Positions 36,001 through 44,919 of a stretch of DNA of 64,000 nucleotides are shown here, piece by piece; within the stretch, counting starts at the first letter, position 1; the number at the start of each line of letters is the position of its first letter. The DNA comes from Acidimicrobiia bacterium (GTDB lineage Bacteria > Actinomycetota > Acidimicrobiia > Acidimicrobiales > Bin134). The notes under the pieces were generated by a model, which saw only the letters and a program-made list of their open reading frames with translations, was not told where the DNA came from and ran no database searches. A program made the position numbers and the translations under genes. The stretch lies in assembly GCA_022822265.1 (NCBI GenBank), contig JAJECA010000061.1, positions 3,711-67,710 of the forward strand, given 5' to 3'.

Positions 36001-36752
36001 CGGGGCGGGGGCGGGTCGGCCAGCAACTCGTTTTGCCGCTTGATGATCTGCTCGATCCCAGAAGTGGCCAAGTCCAAAAGGGCATCAAGCTTGTCCCGAC
36101 CAAACGGCTGGCCCTCGGCGGTTCCCTGCACCTCGACGAAGCGGCCCGACTCGGTCATCACCACGTTCATGTCCACCTCGGCGGACACATCCTCCTCGTA
36201 GGGCAGATCGAGCGACGGCGTTCCGTCGATGACCCCGACGGACACTGCGGCGCACGCCTCGATCATCGGGTGCTGTTCGATCTGGCCGGCGACCACCAGC
36301 CGAGTGAAGGCGTCATGGAGAGCCACATAGGCGCCGTTGATGGCGGCGGTGCGAGTGCCGCCGTCGGCTTGGAGCACATCGCAGTCGCAGATCACCTGGC
36401 GCTCGCCGAGCGTGGCGGCATCGGTCACCGCCCGCAGCGAGCGGCCGATCAACCGCTGTATCTCCTGGGTGCGGCCCGACTGGCGGCCCCGGGCTGCTTC
36501 CCGATTGACCCGTTCGGGCGACGAGCCGGGGAGCATGGAGTACTCGGCGGTCACCCAGCCCTTGCCCCGGCCCTTCATCCACCGGGGCACATCGGGATCG
36601 ACCGAAGCAGTACATAGCACCCGGGTGCGGCCGAACGAAACCAGCACCGAGCCGTCGGCCATCTCGGTGAAATCCCGCTCGAAGCCGATGGGCCGCAAAT
36701 CGCCCGCCGCTCGGCCGTCGCTTCTCATCTTTGACCTGCTCTCATTCGCCAC
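35997..36752 (-). CDS. rph: Ribonuclease PH
   Basis: [12 protein letters not shown] and the full-length RNase PH pattern. 251 aa. Confidence 0.95.
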   Translation of the reverse strand: MANESRSKMRSDGRAAGDLRPIGFERDFTEMADGSVLVSFGRTRVLCTASVDPDVPRWMKGRGKGWVTAEYSMLPGSSPERVNREAARGRQSGRTQEIQRLIGRSLRAVTDAATLGERQVICDCDVLQADGGTRTAAINGAYVALHDAFTRLVVAGQIEQHPMIEACAAVSVGVIDGTPSLDLPYEEDVSAEVDMNVVMTESGRFVEVQGTAEGQPFGRDKLDALLDLATSGIEQIIKRQNELLADPPPPR

Positions 36753-36816
36753 ACCTCAATTCTTGGTGCCTCTCGGCTACTTCGACCACTGGGGCACGAT
36801 ACAAGAGCCCAAAGAG

Positions 36817-36875
36817 GAACGGCCTCGACTCTGGCGGGATGAGTCGAGGCCGTTCGGCTGGAGCTGTGCTCCAGC
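36817..36875 (-). terminator. Tandem hairpins downstream of cysM (terminator candidate)
   Basis: 15-bp perfect stem 36817-36831/36841-36855 (9-nt loop), adjacent to an 8-bp stem 36857-36864/36868-36875. On the minus strand these are followed by TTCCTCTTTGGGCTCTTGT. Confidence 0.4.
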
Positions 36876-36977
36876 GTGGTGGTGTGGTTTGGGTATGCGA
36901 ATTCTAGCAGTAGGGGGTGCTTATAGCACATCAAGGACCACAAAACCCGTCCAAGTGGGGATTTTTTCACTTGGTGT

Positions 36978-37928
36978 TCAGAAATAGATAATCGACTCGG
37001 CCCGAGCGGTCACCTGGTCGATCGGATCGGTCCATGCCCCAGTGGACAGGTACTTCCAACCGCCGTCGGCCGACACCACCACCACCGCGCCCTCGTCAGT
37101 CCGCTCAGCCACTCGGGCGGCCCCGGCCAGTGCGGCTCCGGTGGAGATCCCGGCGAAGATCCCGGTCTCCACAGCCAGCCGCCGAGTCCACTCAATCGAC
37201 TCCCGGGGCCTCACAATGCGCTTGCCGTCCAAGAGCTGATCGCCGCCCCATTTCTCATAGACCGGGGGGATGAACCCGTCGTCCAGGCTGCGAAGGCCGT
37301 CCACCATCTCCCCCGCGGGGGGCTCCACCGCCAGCACTTGTACCGTGGGCTTGCGCTCTTTGAGATACGCGCCCACTCCCATCAAGGTGCCGCTGGTTCC
37401 CAACCCCGACACGAAGTGGGTGATCTCGGGGCAGTCGGCGTAGATCTCCGGGCCGGTGGTGTTGTAGTGGGCCCGGGGGTTGGCCTCGTTGCCGTACTGG
37501 TAGAGGAACGCCCAGTCGGGGTTTTGGTCGGCCAGCTTCTGGGCCATGCGGACAGCACCATTGGAACCCTCGGCGCCCGGCGACCAGATGATTTCCGCCC
37601 CGAACACCTCTAGGAGCTGGCGGCGCTCTGCTGAGACGTTCTCGGGCATGACGATCTTGATGGGATAGCCCCGGAGTCGGGCGATCATGGCCAGGGCGAT
37701 CCCGGTGTTGCCCGACGACGGCTCGATGATGGTGCGACCCGGTTCCAAGGTCCCGTCGGCCTCGGCCTCGAGGATCATCTCGCGCGCCACCCGGTCTTTG
37801 ACCGATCCCGCCGGGTTTACCCCCTCGAGCTTCACGTGGATGGCCACCGACGGGTTCGGCGACAGCACGCTGACGTCGACCATCGGGGTGTTCCCAATGA
37901 GATCGATCACCGATTTGTGCGCGGCCAC
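36978..37928 (-). CDS. cysM: PLP-dependent cysteine synthase, CysM-like
   Basis: GVNPAGSVKDRVA (PLP lysine) and SSGNTGIALA. GTG start, 22 nt after the mec stop. Synteny matches the Mycobacterium mec-cysO-cysM locus. Confidence 0.85.
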   Translation of the reverse strand: MAAHKSVIDLIGNTPMVDVSVLSPNPSVAIHVKLEGVNPAGSVKDRVAREMILEAEADGTLEPGRTIIEPSSGNTGIALAMIARLRGYPIKIVMPENVSAERRQLLEVFGAEIIWSPGAEGSNGAVRMAQKLADQNPDWAFLYQYGNEANPRAHYNTTGPEIYADCPEITHFVSGLGTSGTLMGVGAYLKERKPTVQVLAVEPPAGEMVDGLRSLDDGFIPPVYEKWGGDQLLDGKRIVRPRESIEWTRRLAVETGIFAGISTGAALAGAARVAERTDEGAVVVVSADGGWKYLSTGAWTDPIDQVTARAESIIYF

Positions 37929-37950
37929 GGGCCTCAGATTACCCGGATGC

Positions 37951-38367
37951 CTACCCCTCGACGGCTACCGGTTCCTCGGAAATGGCCCCGTCGACGATCC
38001 GGTAGCAGCGCAGCGCGGGCTCGGGATCCTTCAACGACACGATCACATAGAGCAGCGCTCCAAAGGGGTCGAAGGCCGAGGCATCGCGCACATCAGTGGG
38101 CGACGGATAGGCGGTGGTGTAGGTGTGAGAGTGCATCACCGCCACCAAATTCAAGCCCTCGTCGTCGGCGGTCCGCTCCACCTGGAGATACTCGGCATCA
38201 TCCAGCCGGTAAATCTGACTCGACTCCGCTGCATTGCGCACCGGAAAGAACCGGTCGACCACCTCTCCCCCCGCCGGAGCTGCCAAAAGCCCGCAAGCCT
38301 CATTGGGCAGCCCCGCCAACGCATGGGCGATGACCTCCGAATAGACCTCGTCGCTCAGCCGCAGCAC
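37951..38367 (-). CDS. mec: JAMM/MPN+ metalloprotease (Mec-like)
   Basis: NEACG (Glu) and HSHTYTTAYPSPTD (HxH..S..D JAMM motif). 138 aa. Confidence 0.85.
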   Translation of the reverse strand: MLRLSDEVYSEVIAHALAGLPNEACGLLAAPAGGEVVDRFFPVRNAAESSQIYRLDDAEYLQVERTADDEGLNLVAVMHSHTYTTAYPSPTDVRDASAFDPFGALLYVIVSLKDPEPALRCYRIVDGAISEEPVAVEG

Positions 38368-38397
38368 CCGCTCACCCTACCCTTCCCCCGATGCCCA

Positions 38398-39099
38398 TCA
38401 GCCGCCTCCAACATTCAAGCGCTCATCGGGAGCACGGCCTGAGAGTGCGGCGATGGCGGCCGGTGGACCGGAGTCGCCGGTGAAGTCGGCTGAAGCGCTT
38501 GGGGGTCCAAAGCGGGCAATAACGGGCACCACTCCGGCCCACCAGGGGCCGGCTATGTCCTCAGGCTCGTCGACGGGGTCGCCGCTGCGGACTTTGGCCG
38601 ACGCCTCGGACAGCGGCACCTCCAGTACCAGCGTCTTTCGCAGGTCTGACGAGGACGGTGGCCGGCCGCTGTCCCAGTTCTCAACCACATGGTCGGTCAC
38701 CAGTTTGAGGGCGTAGCCCTTGCGCTCATCCCCGTCGACGCGCCGGGCTGTTCCCCTGATAACCGCCGAGCGGTAGTTCATCGAGTTGTGGAAGGGCGTT
38801 CGAGCCATCACCAACCCGTCCAAACAGGTGACGGTGACGCTAATCTCCTGACCTGCCCCGGTGCCGAGCAGGTGGTTCGCCACCGCACCGTGGAGAAAGA
38901 GGTGCTCGCCGTCGTGCCCGTAGGCCATGGGCAGCACCAGCGGACCGTCGGGAGCAAATACCCCCACATGGGCGATCAACCCGACATCGAGTATGCCCAA
39001 CACATCCTCCTTGCCATACCGAGCCCGATCAGCCCCCCTACGCACCCTGACCCGGCTCGACGGTGCCCCCGCTTGGCCATCTAGTTCTGATTCACCCAT
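38398..39099 (-). CDS. Pyridoxamine 5'-phosphate oxidase-family (FMN-binding split-barrel) protein
   Basis: Start set at MGESELDG (ATG 39099) within ORF 38398-39396. LHGAVANH .. NYRSAVIRG .. WWAGVVPV pattern. Ends ..ERLNVGGG. Confidence 0.65.
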   Translation of the reverse strand: MGESELDGQAGAPSSRVRVRRGADRARYGKEDVLGILDVGLIAHVGVFAPDGPLVLPMAYGHDGEHLFLHGAVANHLLGTGAGQEISVTVTCLDGLVMARTPFHNSMNYRSAVIRGTARRVDGDERKGYALKLVTDHVVENWDSGRPPSSSDLRKTLVLEVPLSEASAKVRSGDPVDEPEDIAGPWWAGVVPVIARFGPPSASADFTGDSGPPAAIAALSGRAPDERLNVGGG

Positions 39100-39118
39100 A
39101 GCCTGCGAAACTATCGGG

Positions 39119-39622
39119 ATGCCTCGGCTGTTCTTGGCTGTATTTCCGCCGGATGATGTGGTTGAGCGGCTGGGCGAGTTGGAGCGGCCGGATGTGGAGG
39201 GGTTGCGGTGGACGAAGAGTGAGCAGTGGCATATCACGCTGAGGTTTTTCGGGGAGGCGGAGCAGGGCGATGTGGAGGACAGCATGCAGGGGATTCGGGC
39301 GGCGGCGACCACCGTGTTGCTCGGGCCGGCTAGCAGGTGGCTGGGGGGACGGGTGCTGGCGCTGCCAGCAGACGGGCTAGACGATTTGGCCGCCAAGGTG
39401 CGAGCCCGGACTCAGACCATTGGCCAGGCCCCCGGACGCCGGAACTTCACAGGGCACCTGACGTTGGCTCGGACCCGAAAGCGACTAGCCGGTGCGGTGG
39501 TCGGCCAGCCCTTCGACGCTCAATTCAGAGCCACAGAACTTTGGCTGGTGTCCAGCCAGCTCCACCCTGATGGCGCCCGCTACACCAAGCTGAGCCATTG
39601 GCCGCTGGAAGAAGCGAGCTGA
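39119..39622 (+). CDS. thpR: RNA 2',3'-cyclic phosphodiesterase (2H phosphoesterase, ThpR/LigT)
   Basis: Two HxT motifs: WHITLRF and GHLTLAR. Start at MPRLFLAV (ATG 39119). Confidence 0.85.
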   Translation: MPRLFLAVFPPDDVVERLGELERPDVEGLRWTKSEQWHITLRFFGEAEQGDVEDSMQGIRAAATTVLLGPASRWLGGRVLALPADGLDDLAAKVRARTQTIGQAPGRRNFTGHLTLARTRKRLAGAVVGQPFDAQFRATELWLVSSQLHPDGARYTKLSHWPLEEAS

Positions 39623-39634
39623 GCAGGACCCCGC

Positions 39635-40276
39635 TCAGGAATCCTCTACTAGGGGGACGAACCTCACCGGGCAGAATCGCTCGGAGGTAGTCTCTTCGCC
39701 GGATCTTCGGACCAAGGTGAGGTCTTGGGTGAAGGAGGGCGGCCCGACAGGGATGACCAGTCGTCCGCCGTCGGCGAGCTGATCGATGAGCGCCGATGGG
39801 ATGCTGGAGGCTGCCGCGGTGACCACCACTGCGTCATAGGGGGCCCCCGGCGAGTGGCCCTGCGACCCGTTGGCGCACACCACGGTGGCGTTGGCATACC
39901 CCAGATCGGCCAGGACTTTGGCCGCCGCGTCGGCCAGCTTCCGATGGCGCTCCACCGTGACCACAGAGGATCCCAGCTGGGCCAGCACCGCTGCCCCATA
40001 GCCCGATCCGGTGCCCACCTCCAGCACTCGGTGGTGCGGCTCGATGGCCGCGGCCTCGGCCATGAGAGCCACGATGTAGGGCTGCGAGATGGTCTGGCCT
40101 GCCCCAATGGGCAATGGGTGGTCCTTGTACGCGTCGCCGGCCAGTGTTCGGGACACGAACCGATGGCGGGGAACTGTCCTCATGGCCTCCAGAACCTGAG
40201 GGTCGCGGACCCCCCGCCCCTCGATCTGGCGGCGCACCATGGCCAGCCGCCGGTCTCGGTGCCGGTCTTGGGCCAT
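39635..40276 (-). CDS. pcm: Protein-L-isoaspartate O-methyltransferase
   Basis: GQTISQPYIVA and VLEVGTGSGYGAAVLA. Start set at MAQDRHRD (ATG 40276). Confidence 0.9.
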   Translation of the reverse strand: MAQDRHRDRRLAMVRRQIEGRGVRDPQVLEAMRTVPRHRFVSRTLAGDAYKDHPLPIGAGQTISQPYIVALMAEAAAIEPHHRVLEVGTGSGYGAAVLAQLGSSVVTVERHRKLADAAAKVLADLGYANATVVCANGSQGHSPGAPYDAVVVTAAASSIPSALIDQLADGGRLVIPVGPPSFTQDLTLVRRSGEETTSERFCPVRFVPLVEDS

Positions 40277-40320
40277 GCCCAATGATGCTTCAACTGCCCC
40301 TTGTGAGGGCGGAGAAAGCG

Positions 40321-40710
40321 CTATCTCGCCGCGGGATAGGCGCTGGTTTCGTCGAATACTGCTTGCAGGGCCTCGGCGTCGCGGGTGAAATCCGGATCGG
40401 GTTCCGCGGACGCATTCCACGGCGGCGCCGGCGCCCACCACGGCGGCATCTCAGACCCGCCGTCTGAGGTCTCGTCGGGAATGAAGGCCAAGCACCACTG
40501 CCAGGAGCCCCTCTCTTCGCCATCGCCCTCATCGGGATGGCCTCCGGGGGGGACCAAGGCGTAGGTGAATCCCGGCCCGGGTCCCTCTTTCTGGATGTTT
40601 CGGGAAACGAAACGGCGGGAATGCGGTAGCCGGGCGGCGACAAACGGCAGTGCCAGCAGCAGCACGACGATGATCGAAGTAACGATCGTGGTCAGATTTA
40701 GTCCAGGCAT
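40321..40710 (-). CDS. Hypothetical membrane-anchored protein
   Basis: One TM helix (TTIVTSIIVVLLLALPFVAA) followed by an acidic, Trp-rich soluble part. Start uncertain (40710 or 40752). Confidence 0.4.
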   Translation of the reverse strand: MPGLNLTTIVTSIIVVLLLALPFVAARLPHSRRFVSRNIQKEGPGPGFTYALVPPGGHPDEGDGEERGSWQWCLAFIPDETSDGGSEMPPWWAPAPPWNASAEPDPDFTRDAEALQAVFDETSAYPAAR

Positions 40711-40864
40711 GTCGGGTGCCTCCGTCAAGAGGAGACTTGAAGGTTTACTCAAGCCTCACAGGCCCCACGAGCCCCACCCGCAACAGAAAAGGGTAGCGAC
40801 TCCCCCTTCAAAACGTCAACCGCGAATTTGGAACCTGTGGAACAGCCTGATCAATCCGATGCCC

Positions 40865-41947
40865 TCAGATCATCACCACAGACCGGAGCACTTCTCCCCG
40901 CTCCATAGCGTGAAACGCCTCCTCAACGCCTTCTAACGAGATTGTCTCCGACACGAAGCGCTCCAGGTTCAGCCGTCCTTGGAGATGAAGGTCGATCAGC
41001 ATGGGGAAGTCCCGGGACGGCAGGCAATCGCCGTACCAAGACGACTTGAGGACACCGCCTCGGCCGAATATCTCGATCATCGGCAGCTCGATCTTCATCT
41101 CCGGGTTGGGCACCCCCACGAGCACCACCACCCCGGCCAAGTCCCGGGCGTAGAAGGCCTGCTCGTAGGTCTGGGGCAGCCCTATGGCCTCAATGGCCAC
41201 GTCCACCCCGTGGCCGCCGGTCAGCTCCCGGATACGCTCCACGGGATCCTCCCGGGTGGAGTTGATGGTGTGGGTGGCGCCGAACTCTCGAGCCCATTCG
41301 AGCTTGGTGTCGTCTATGTCCACCCCGATGATGGTGTGGGCGCCGGCCAGACGCGATCCCTCAATAGCCGCATCGCCCACTCCGCCGCAGCCGAACACGG
41401 CCACCGAGTCTCCCCGGCCAACCCCGCCGGTGTTCATGGCCGCGCCCAAACCGGCCATGACTCCACAGCCGATCAGTCCGGCCACCTCGGGACGAGCCTC
41501 GGGATTGACCTTGGTCGCCTGGCCTGCCGCAACCAGCGTCTTCTCGGCGAAGGCCCCGATGCCCAGCGCCGGTGAAAGCTCCTGGCCCCCCAAGGTCATC
41601 TTCTGGGTGGCGTTGTGGGTGGCAAAGCAGTACCACGGGCGTCCCCGCCAACATGAGCGGCAATTGCCACACACCGCACGCCAGTTGAGGATCACGAAAT
41701 CGCCGGGGGCCACGTTGGTCACGCCATCGCCCACCGACTCCACAACTCCGGCGGCCTCGTGGCCCAAAAGGAAGGGGAACTCGTCGTTAATAGCCCCCTC
41801 CCGATAGTGCAGATCGGTGTGGCAGACACCGCAGGCCTGCACGGCCACCAGGGCTTCGCCCGGCCCGGGATCGGGCACCTCGATGGTCTCGATGCTTACC
41901 GGCTCGCCCTTGGCCTTGGCGACTACGGCTCGAACCTGCTGGGCCAT
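40865..41947 (-). CDS. Class III Zn-dependent alcohol dehydrogenase, S-(hydroxymethyl)mycothiol dehydrogenase-like
   Basis: GVCHTDLH and [12 protein letters not shown] zinc motifs, plus CGNCRSC (structural Zn). AAGGAG lies 6 nt upstream of ATG 41947. Confidence 0.85.
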   Translation of the reverse strand: MAQQVRAVVAKAKGEPVSIETIEVPDPGPGEALVAVQACGVCHTDLHYREGAINDEFPFLLGHEAAGVVESVGDGVTNVAPGDFVILNWRAVCGNCRSCWRGRPWYCFATHNATQKMTLGGQELSPALGIGAFAEKTLVAAGQATKVNPEARPEVAGLIGCGVMAGLGAAMNTGGVGRGDSVAVFGCGGVGDAAIEGSRLAGAHTIIGVDIDDTKLEWAREFGATHTINSTREDPVERIRELTGGHGVDVAIEAIGLPQTYEQAFYARDLAGVVVLVGVPNPEMKIELPMIEIFGRGGVLKSSWYGDCLPSRDFPMLIDLHLQGRLNLERFVSETISLEGVEEAFHAMERGEVLRSVVMI

Positions 41948-42047
41948 CTGCTGCTCCTTTCGCCCGGCCATCGGCCATCGCGGCCGAGACCAACTGCCGC
42001 GAACCTACTACGCCCTGCGAAATGGCCGCCGCCATGGCGGCGCTCCG

Positions 42048-42941
42048 CTACGTGTCCAGGAAGCGGCTGACGGCGATACCGGAGCCCACCGTGCCCACGA
42101 TGGCGCCCAATCCCACCATCTGGAATCCCAGTGCCCACACCCGGGACGGATCCACGGTGAAGCCCCGCAGCAACTCCAGCGAGACGTCGTCGTTGATAAC
42201 GCTGAAGAAGTTGTTGGTGAGCCATATCAGCGGAATGGCGATCACCCCGCCAACAAGGCCCTGTATGAGCCCTTCGAACATGAACGGCACCCGGATGAAC
42301 CAGTTGGTGGCCCCCACCAGCTTCATCACCTCGATGTCTCTGCGGCGGGAGAACAACGCCATACGGATGGTGTTCAAGATCAGCACAGCCGCGGCCACCA
42401 GCAAGACGATGGCGATGATGATCACCCGCTGGCGCAACCCGCTGGACAGATCCTCAATGGCCCGGATGGTCTCGCTGGCGGTGACCACCCTGGCCACCCC
42501 CGGCTGGGTGCGGAAAGCGGCCGCCAGCTCGTCCACCCGCTCCGGCAGTGTGTCGGTGGGCTTGACCCGGAACGAGGCCGGCAAGCGCTCGGGCGTGATC
42601 ACCTCCACCAGCTCCGGCGAGTCGCCCAAGAGGTCCTGCACCTCGGCGAAGGCCTCGTCCTTGTCGATATAGGTGAACCCGCTGACCTCGGGAGCGTCCT
42701 CGAGCTGGCGGCGGATGTCCTCCTCCAACTCGGGGCTGATCTCGGGGTCCATGAACACGATGAACTCCACGCCGTCCTTCCAGCGGACGGTGGCATTGTC
42801 CACCGCGTCGCCGAAGAGCAGCGCCGCGCCCAGAAGCGTCAGCGAGATGGTGACCGTGATGACCGTGGCCAGCGTGAGGGTGATGTTCCGGCGGAAGTTG
42901 CTGGCCGTCTCCCGGAGGACATAGTCCAACTTGAGGCTCAT
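42048..42941 (-). CDS. ftsX: Cell-division permease FtsX
   Basis: 297 aa with 4 TM helices. N-terminal LRETASNFRRN. Located downstream of ftsE. Confidence 0.9.
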   Translation of the reverse strand: MSLKLDYVLRETASNFRRNITLTLATVITVTISLTLLGAALLFGDAVDNATVRWKDGVEFIVFMDPEISPELEEDIRRQLEDAPEVSGFTYIDKDEAFAEVQDLLGDSPELVEVITPERLPASFRVKPTDTLPERVDELAAAFRTQPGVARVVTASETIRAIEDLSSGLRQRVIIIAIVLLVAAAVLILNTIRMALFSRRRDIEVMKLVGATNWFIRVPFMFEGLIQGLVGGVIAIPLIWLTNNFFSVINDDVSLELLRGFTVDPSRVWALGFQMVGLGAIVGTVGSGIAVSRFLDT

Positions 42942-42994
42942 CGGCTACCGCCCGCCCACCGGTCCCCGTCGCCGAGACCCCTCAAAGCCATGGG

Positions 42995-43672
42995 TTATTC
43001 GTAAACGCCCCGGGACTGGTCCCGAACGATCTGGCCCCGGTCCAGCTCCACCACCCGGCGGCGCATCTTGTCGACAATGCTGCGGTCGTGGGTGGCCATC
43101 ACCACGGTGGTGCCGGTGCGGTTGATGCGGTCCAGCAGCGTCATGATGCCCAGCGAGGTGTTCGGATCGAGGTTCCCGGTGGGCTCGTCGGCCAGCAGGA
43201 TCAGCGGCCGGTTCACAAACGCCCGGGCGATGGACACCCGCTGCTGCTCGCCTCCCGACAGCTCGTCGGGATAGTTGTGCATCTTCTTGGACAGGCCCAC
43301 CAGCTCCAAGATGGCCGGAACCTTCTCTTTGATCACGCTCCGGGGACGGCCGATCACCTCTAGAGCGAAGGCCACGTTCTGCACCACGGTCTTGTTGGGC
43401 AGGAGCTTGAAGTCCTGGAAGACGCAGCCGATGTTGCGGCGCAAGAAGGGCACCTTCCAGCTGGGAAGCGCCCCGATGTCCTTGCCGGCCACATAGATCC
43501 GGCCCCGGTCCGGCTTCTCCTCTTTGTTGAGCAGGCGCATGAACGTGGACTTGCCCGATCCCGACGGCCCCACCAAGAAGACGAATTCCCCCCGCTGCAC
43601 CTCGCAGGAGGCGTTCTGAAGGGCGAGCACCTCGCCCTTGTACACCTTGGTGACGTTCTCCATTCTGATCAT
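42995..43672 (-). CDS. ftsE: Cell-division ATP-binding protein FtsE
   Basis: GPSGSGKST (Walker A), LSGGEQQRV (ABC signature) and [11 protein letters not shown] (Walker B). Confidence 0.95.
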   Translation of the reverse strand: MIRMENVTKVYKGEVLALQNASCEVQRGEFVFLVGPSGSGKSTFMRLLNKEEKPDRGRIYVAGKDIGALPSWKVPFLRRNIGCVFQDFKLLPNKTVVQNVAFALEVIGRPRSVIKEKVPAILELVGLSKKMHNYPDELSGGEQQRVSIARAFVNRPLILLADEPTGNLDPNTSLGIMTLLDRINRTGTTVVMATHDRSIVDKMRRRVVELDRGQIVRDQSRGVYE

Positions 43673-43796
43673 TCGATGTGAGCTCCGAACTGAAATCCGG
43701 GCACGAACCCCCCTTCGTTGACCCAGAAAACTTGACCAACGCTACCACCGCCGCCGGGCACCGATTGCGCACCCTCCGGCCCGATCCCGGCCCCGC

Positions 43797-44897
43797 TCAA
43801 GACATGCGCCTCCACCGCAGATAGGCCTCGATAAGCTCGTCGAGGTCTCCGGCCAGCACCCCTTCCACGTTGCCGATGGTCACCCCGGTGCGGTCGTCCT
43901 TGACCTGCTGGTAGGGGTGCAGCACATAAGAGCGGATCTGGCTCCCCCACTCCGCCTTCTGGTAGTCGCCGGCCAACCCGGCGATCTCGGCTTCCCGCTC
44001 GGCCCGCTTCAGGTCGGCCAGACGGGCGGCCAGGATCTGCATGGCGCGGTCTTTGTTCTGGTGCTGGCTGCGCTCGTTCTGGCACGACACCACGACGCCG
44101 GTGGGCAAATGGGTGATCCGCACCGCCGAGTCGGTCACGTTCACGTGCTGCCCACCCGCCCCCGAGGATCGGAAGGTGTCGATCCGCAGGTCTTTGTCCT
44201 CGATGTCCACCTCGTCGGACACCTCATCGAAGAAGGGCACCACCTTGAACTGGGCGAACGCGGTGTGGCGGCGGGCATCGGAGTCGAACGGCGAGATGCG
44301 CACCAGCCGGTGCACCCCTCGCTCAGACTGCAACAAGCCGTAGGCGTTGCGCCCCGAGATGGTGAAATCGGCTGAGGAGATGCCCGCGCCCTGGCCCTCT
44401 GAAACCGAGTCCACCTTGAATTCGAAGCCGCGGCGCTCGGCCCAACCCTGGTACATCGCCAGCAGCATCTCGGCCCAGTCTTGGGCGTCGGTGCCGCCCG
44501 CGCCGCTGTGGAGCTCGCACACCGCATCGGAATCGTCGTGCTCGCCGCCCAACAGCGACCGCAGCTCCAGGTCGTCCACCTTGGCCGCTAGGGACTCCAG
44601 CATCTGGGCGATCTCGGGAGCCTGCGATTCGTCGTCTTCCTCCACTGCCAACTGGTGCAGCGTGTCGGCGTCGTCCAGCGCGGCCTCCAGCCCGGCGAAC
44701 AACTCCAGGTCCTCCGCCAGCTCGGACAGCTCTCTGGTCACCTTGCGGGCTTGATCGGGATCGTCCCACAGCCCGGGGGCGGCCGCAGCCTCCTCCAACT
44801 TGGGGCGGCGGGCGATCAGGTCGTCGATGTGCAGGTAGCGCCGGGCCTCGTCCAGTTTGGATCGGAGCAGGGCGAGATCGCCGGCAAAGTCAGACAC
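43797..44897 (-). CDS. prfB: Peptide chain release factor 2
   Basis: SPF tripeptide region (RISPFDS) and SGAGGQHVN (GGQ). Single uninterrupted ORF. Confidence 0.95.
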   Translation of the reverse strand: MSDFAGDLALLRSKLDEARRYLHIDDLIARRPKLEEAAAAPGLWDDPDQARKVTRELSELAEDLELFAGLEAALDDADTLHQLAVEEDDESQAPEIAQMLESLAAKVDDLELRSLLGGEHDDSDAVCELHSGAGGTDAQDWAEMLLAMYQGWAERRGFEFKVDSVSEGQGAGISSADFTISGRNAYGLLQSERGVHRLVRISPFDSDARRHTAFAQFKVVPFFDEVSDEVDIEDKDLRIDTFRSSGAGGQHVNVTDSAVRITHLPTGVVVSCQNERSQHQNKDRAMQILAARLADLKRAEREAEIAGLAGDYQKAEWGSQIRSYVLHPYQQVKDDRTGVTIGNVEGVLAGDLDELIEAYLRWRRMS

Positions 44898-44919
44898 GGG
44901 GATTATCGGGAGTAGACAG

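Noticed and set aside
36725-36970. 81-aa minus-strand ORF in the cysM-rph spacer as a possible CysO substitute
   Set aside because: The translation (MKKSPLGRVLWSLMCYKHP...) has no ThiS/MoaD features and no C-terminal Gly-Gly. It runs through the two terminator-like hairpins.
43797-44897. Programmed +1 frameshift in prfB
   Set aside because: RF2 is encoded as one uninterrupted 366-aa ORF starting at MSDFAGDL. No in-frame early TGA or CTTTGA slippery site is present.
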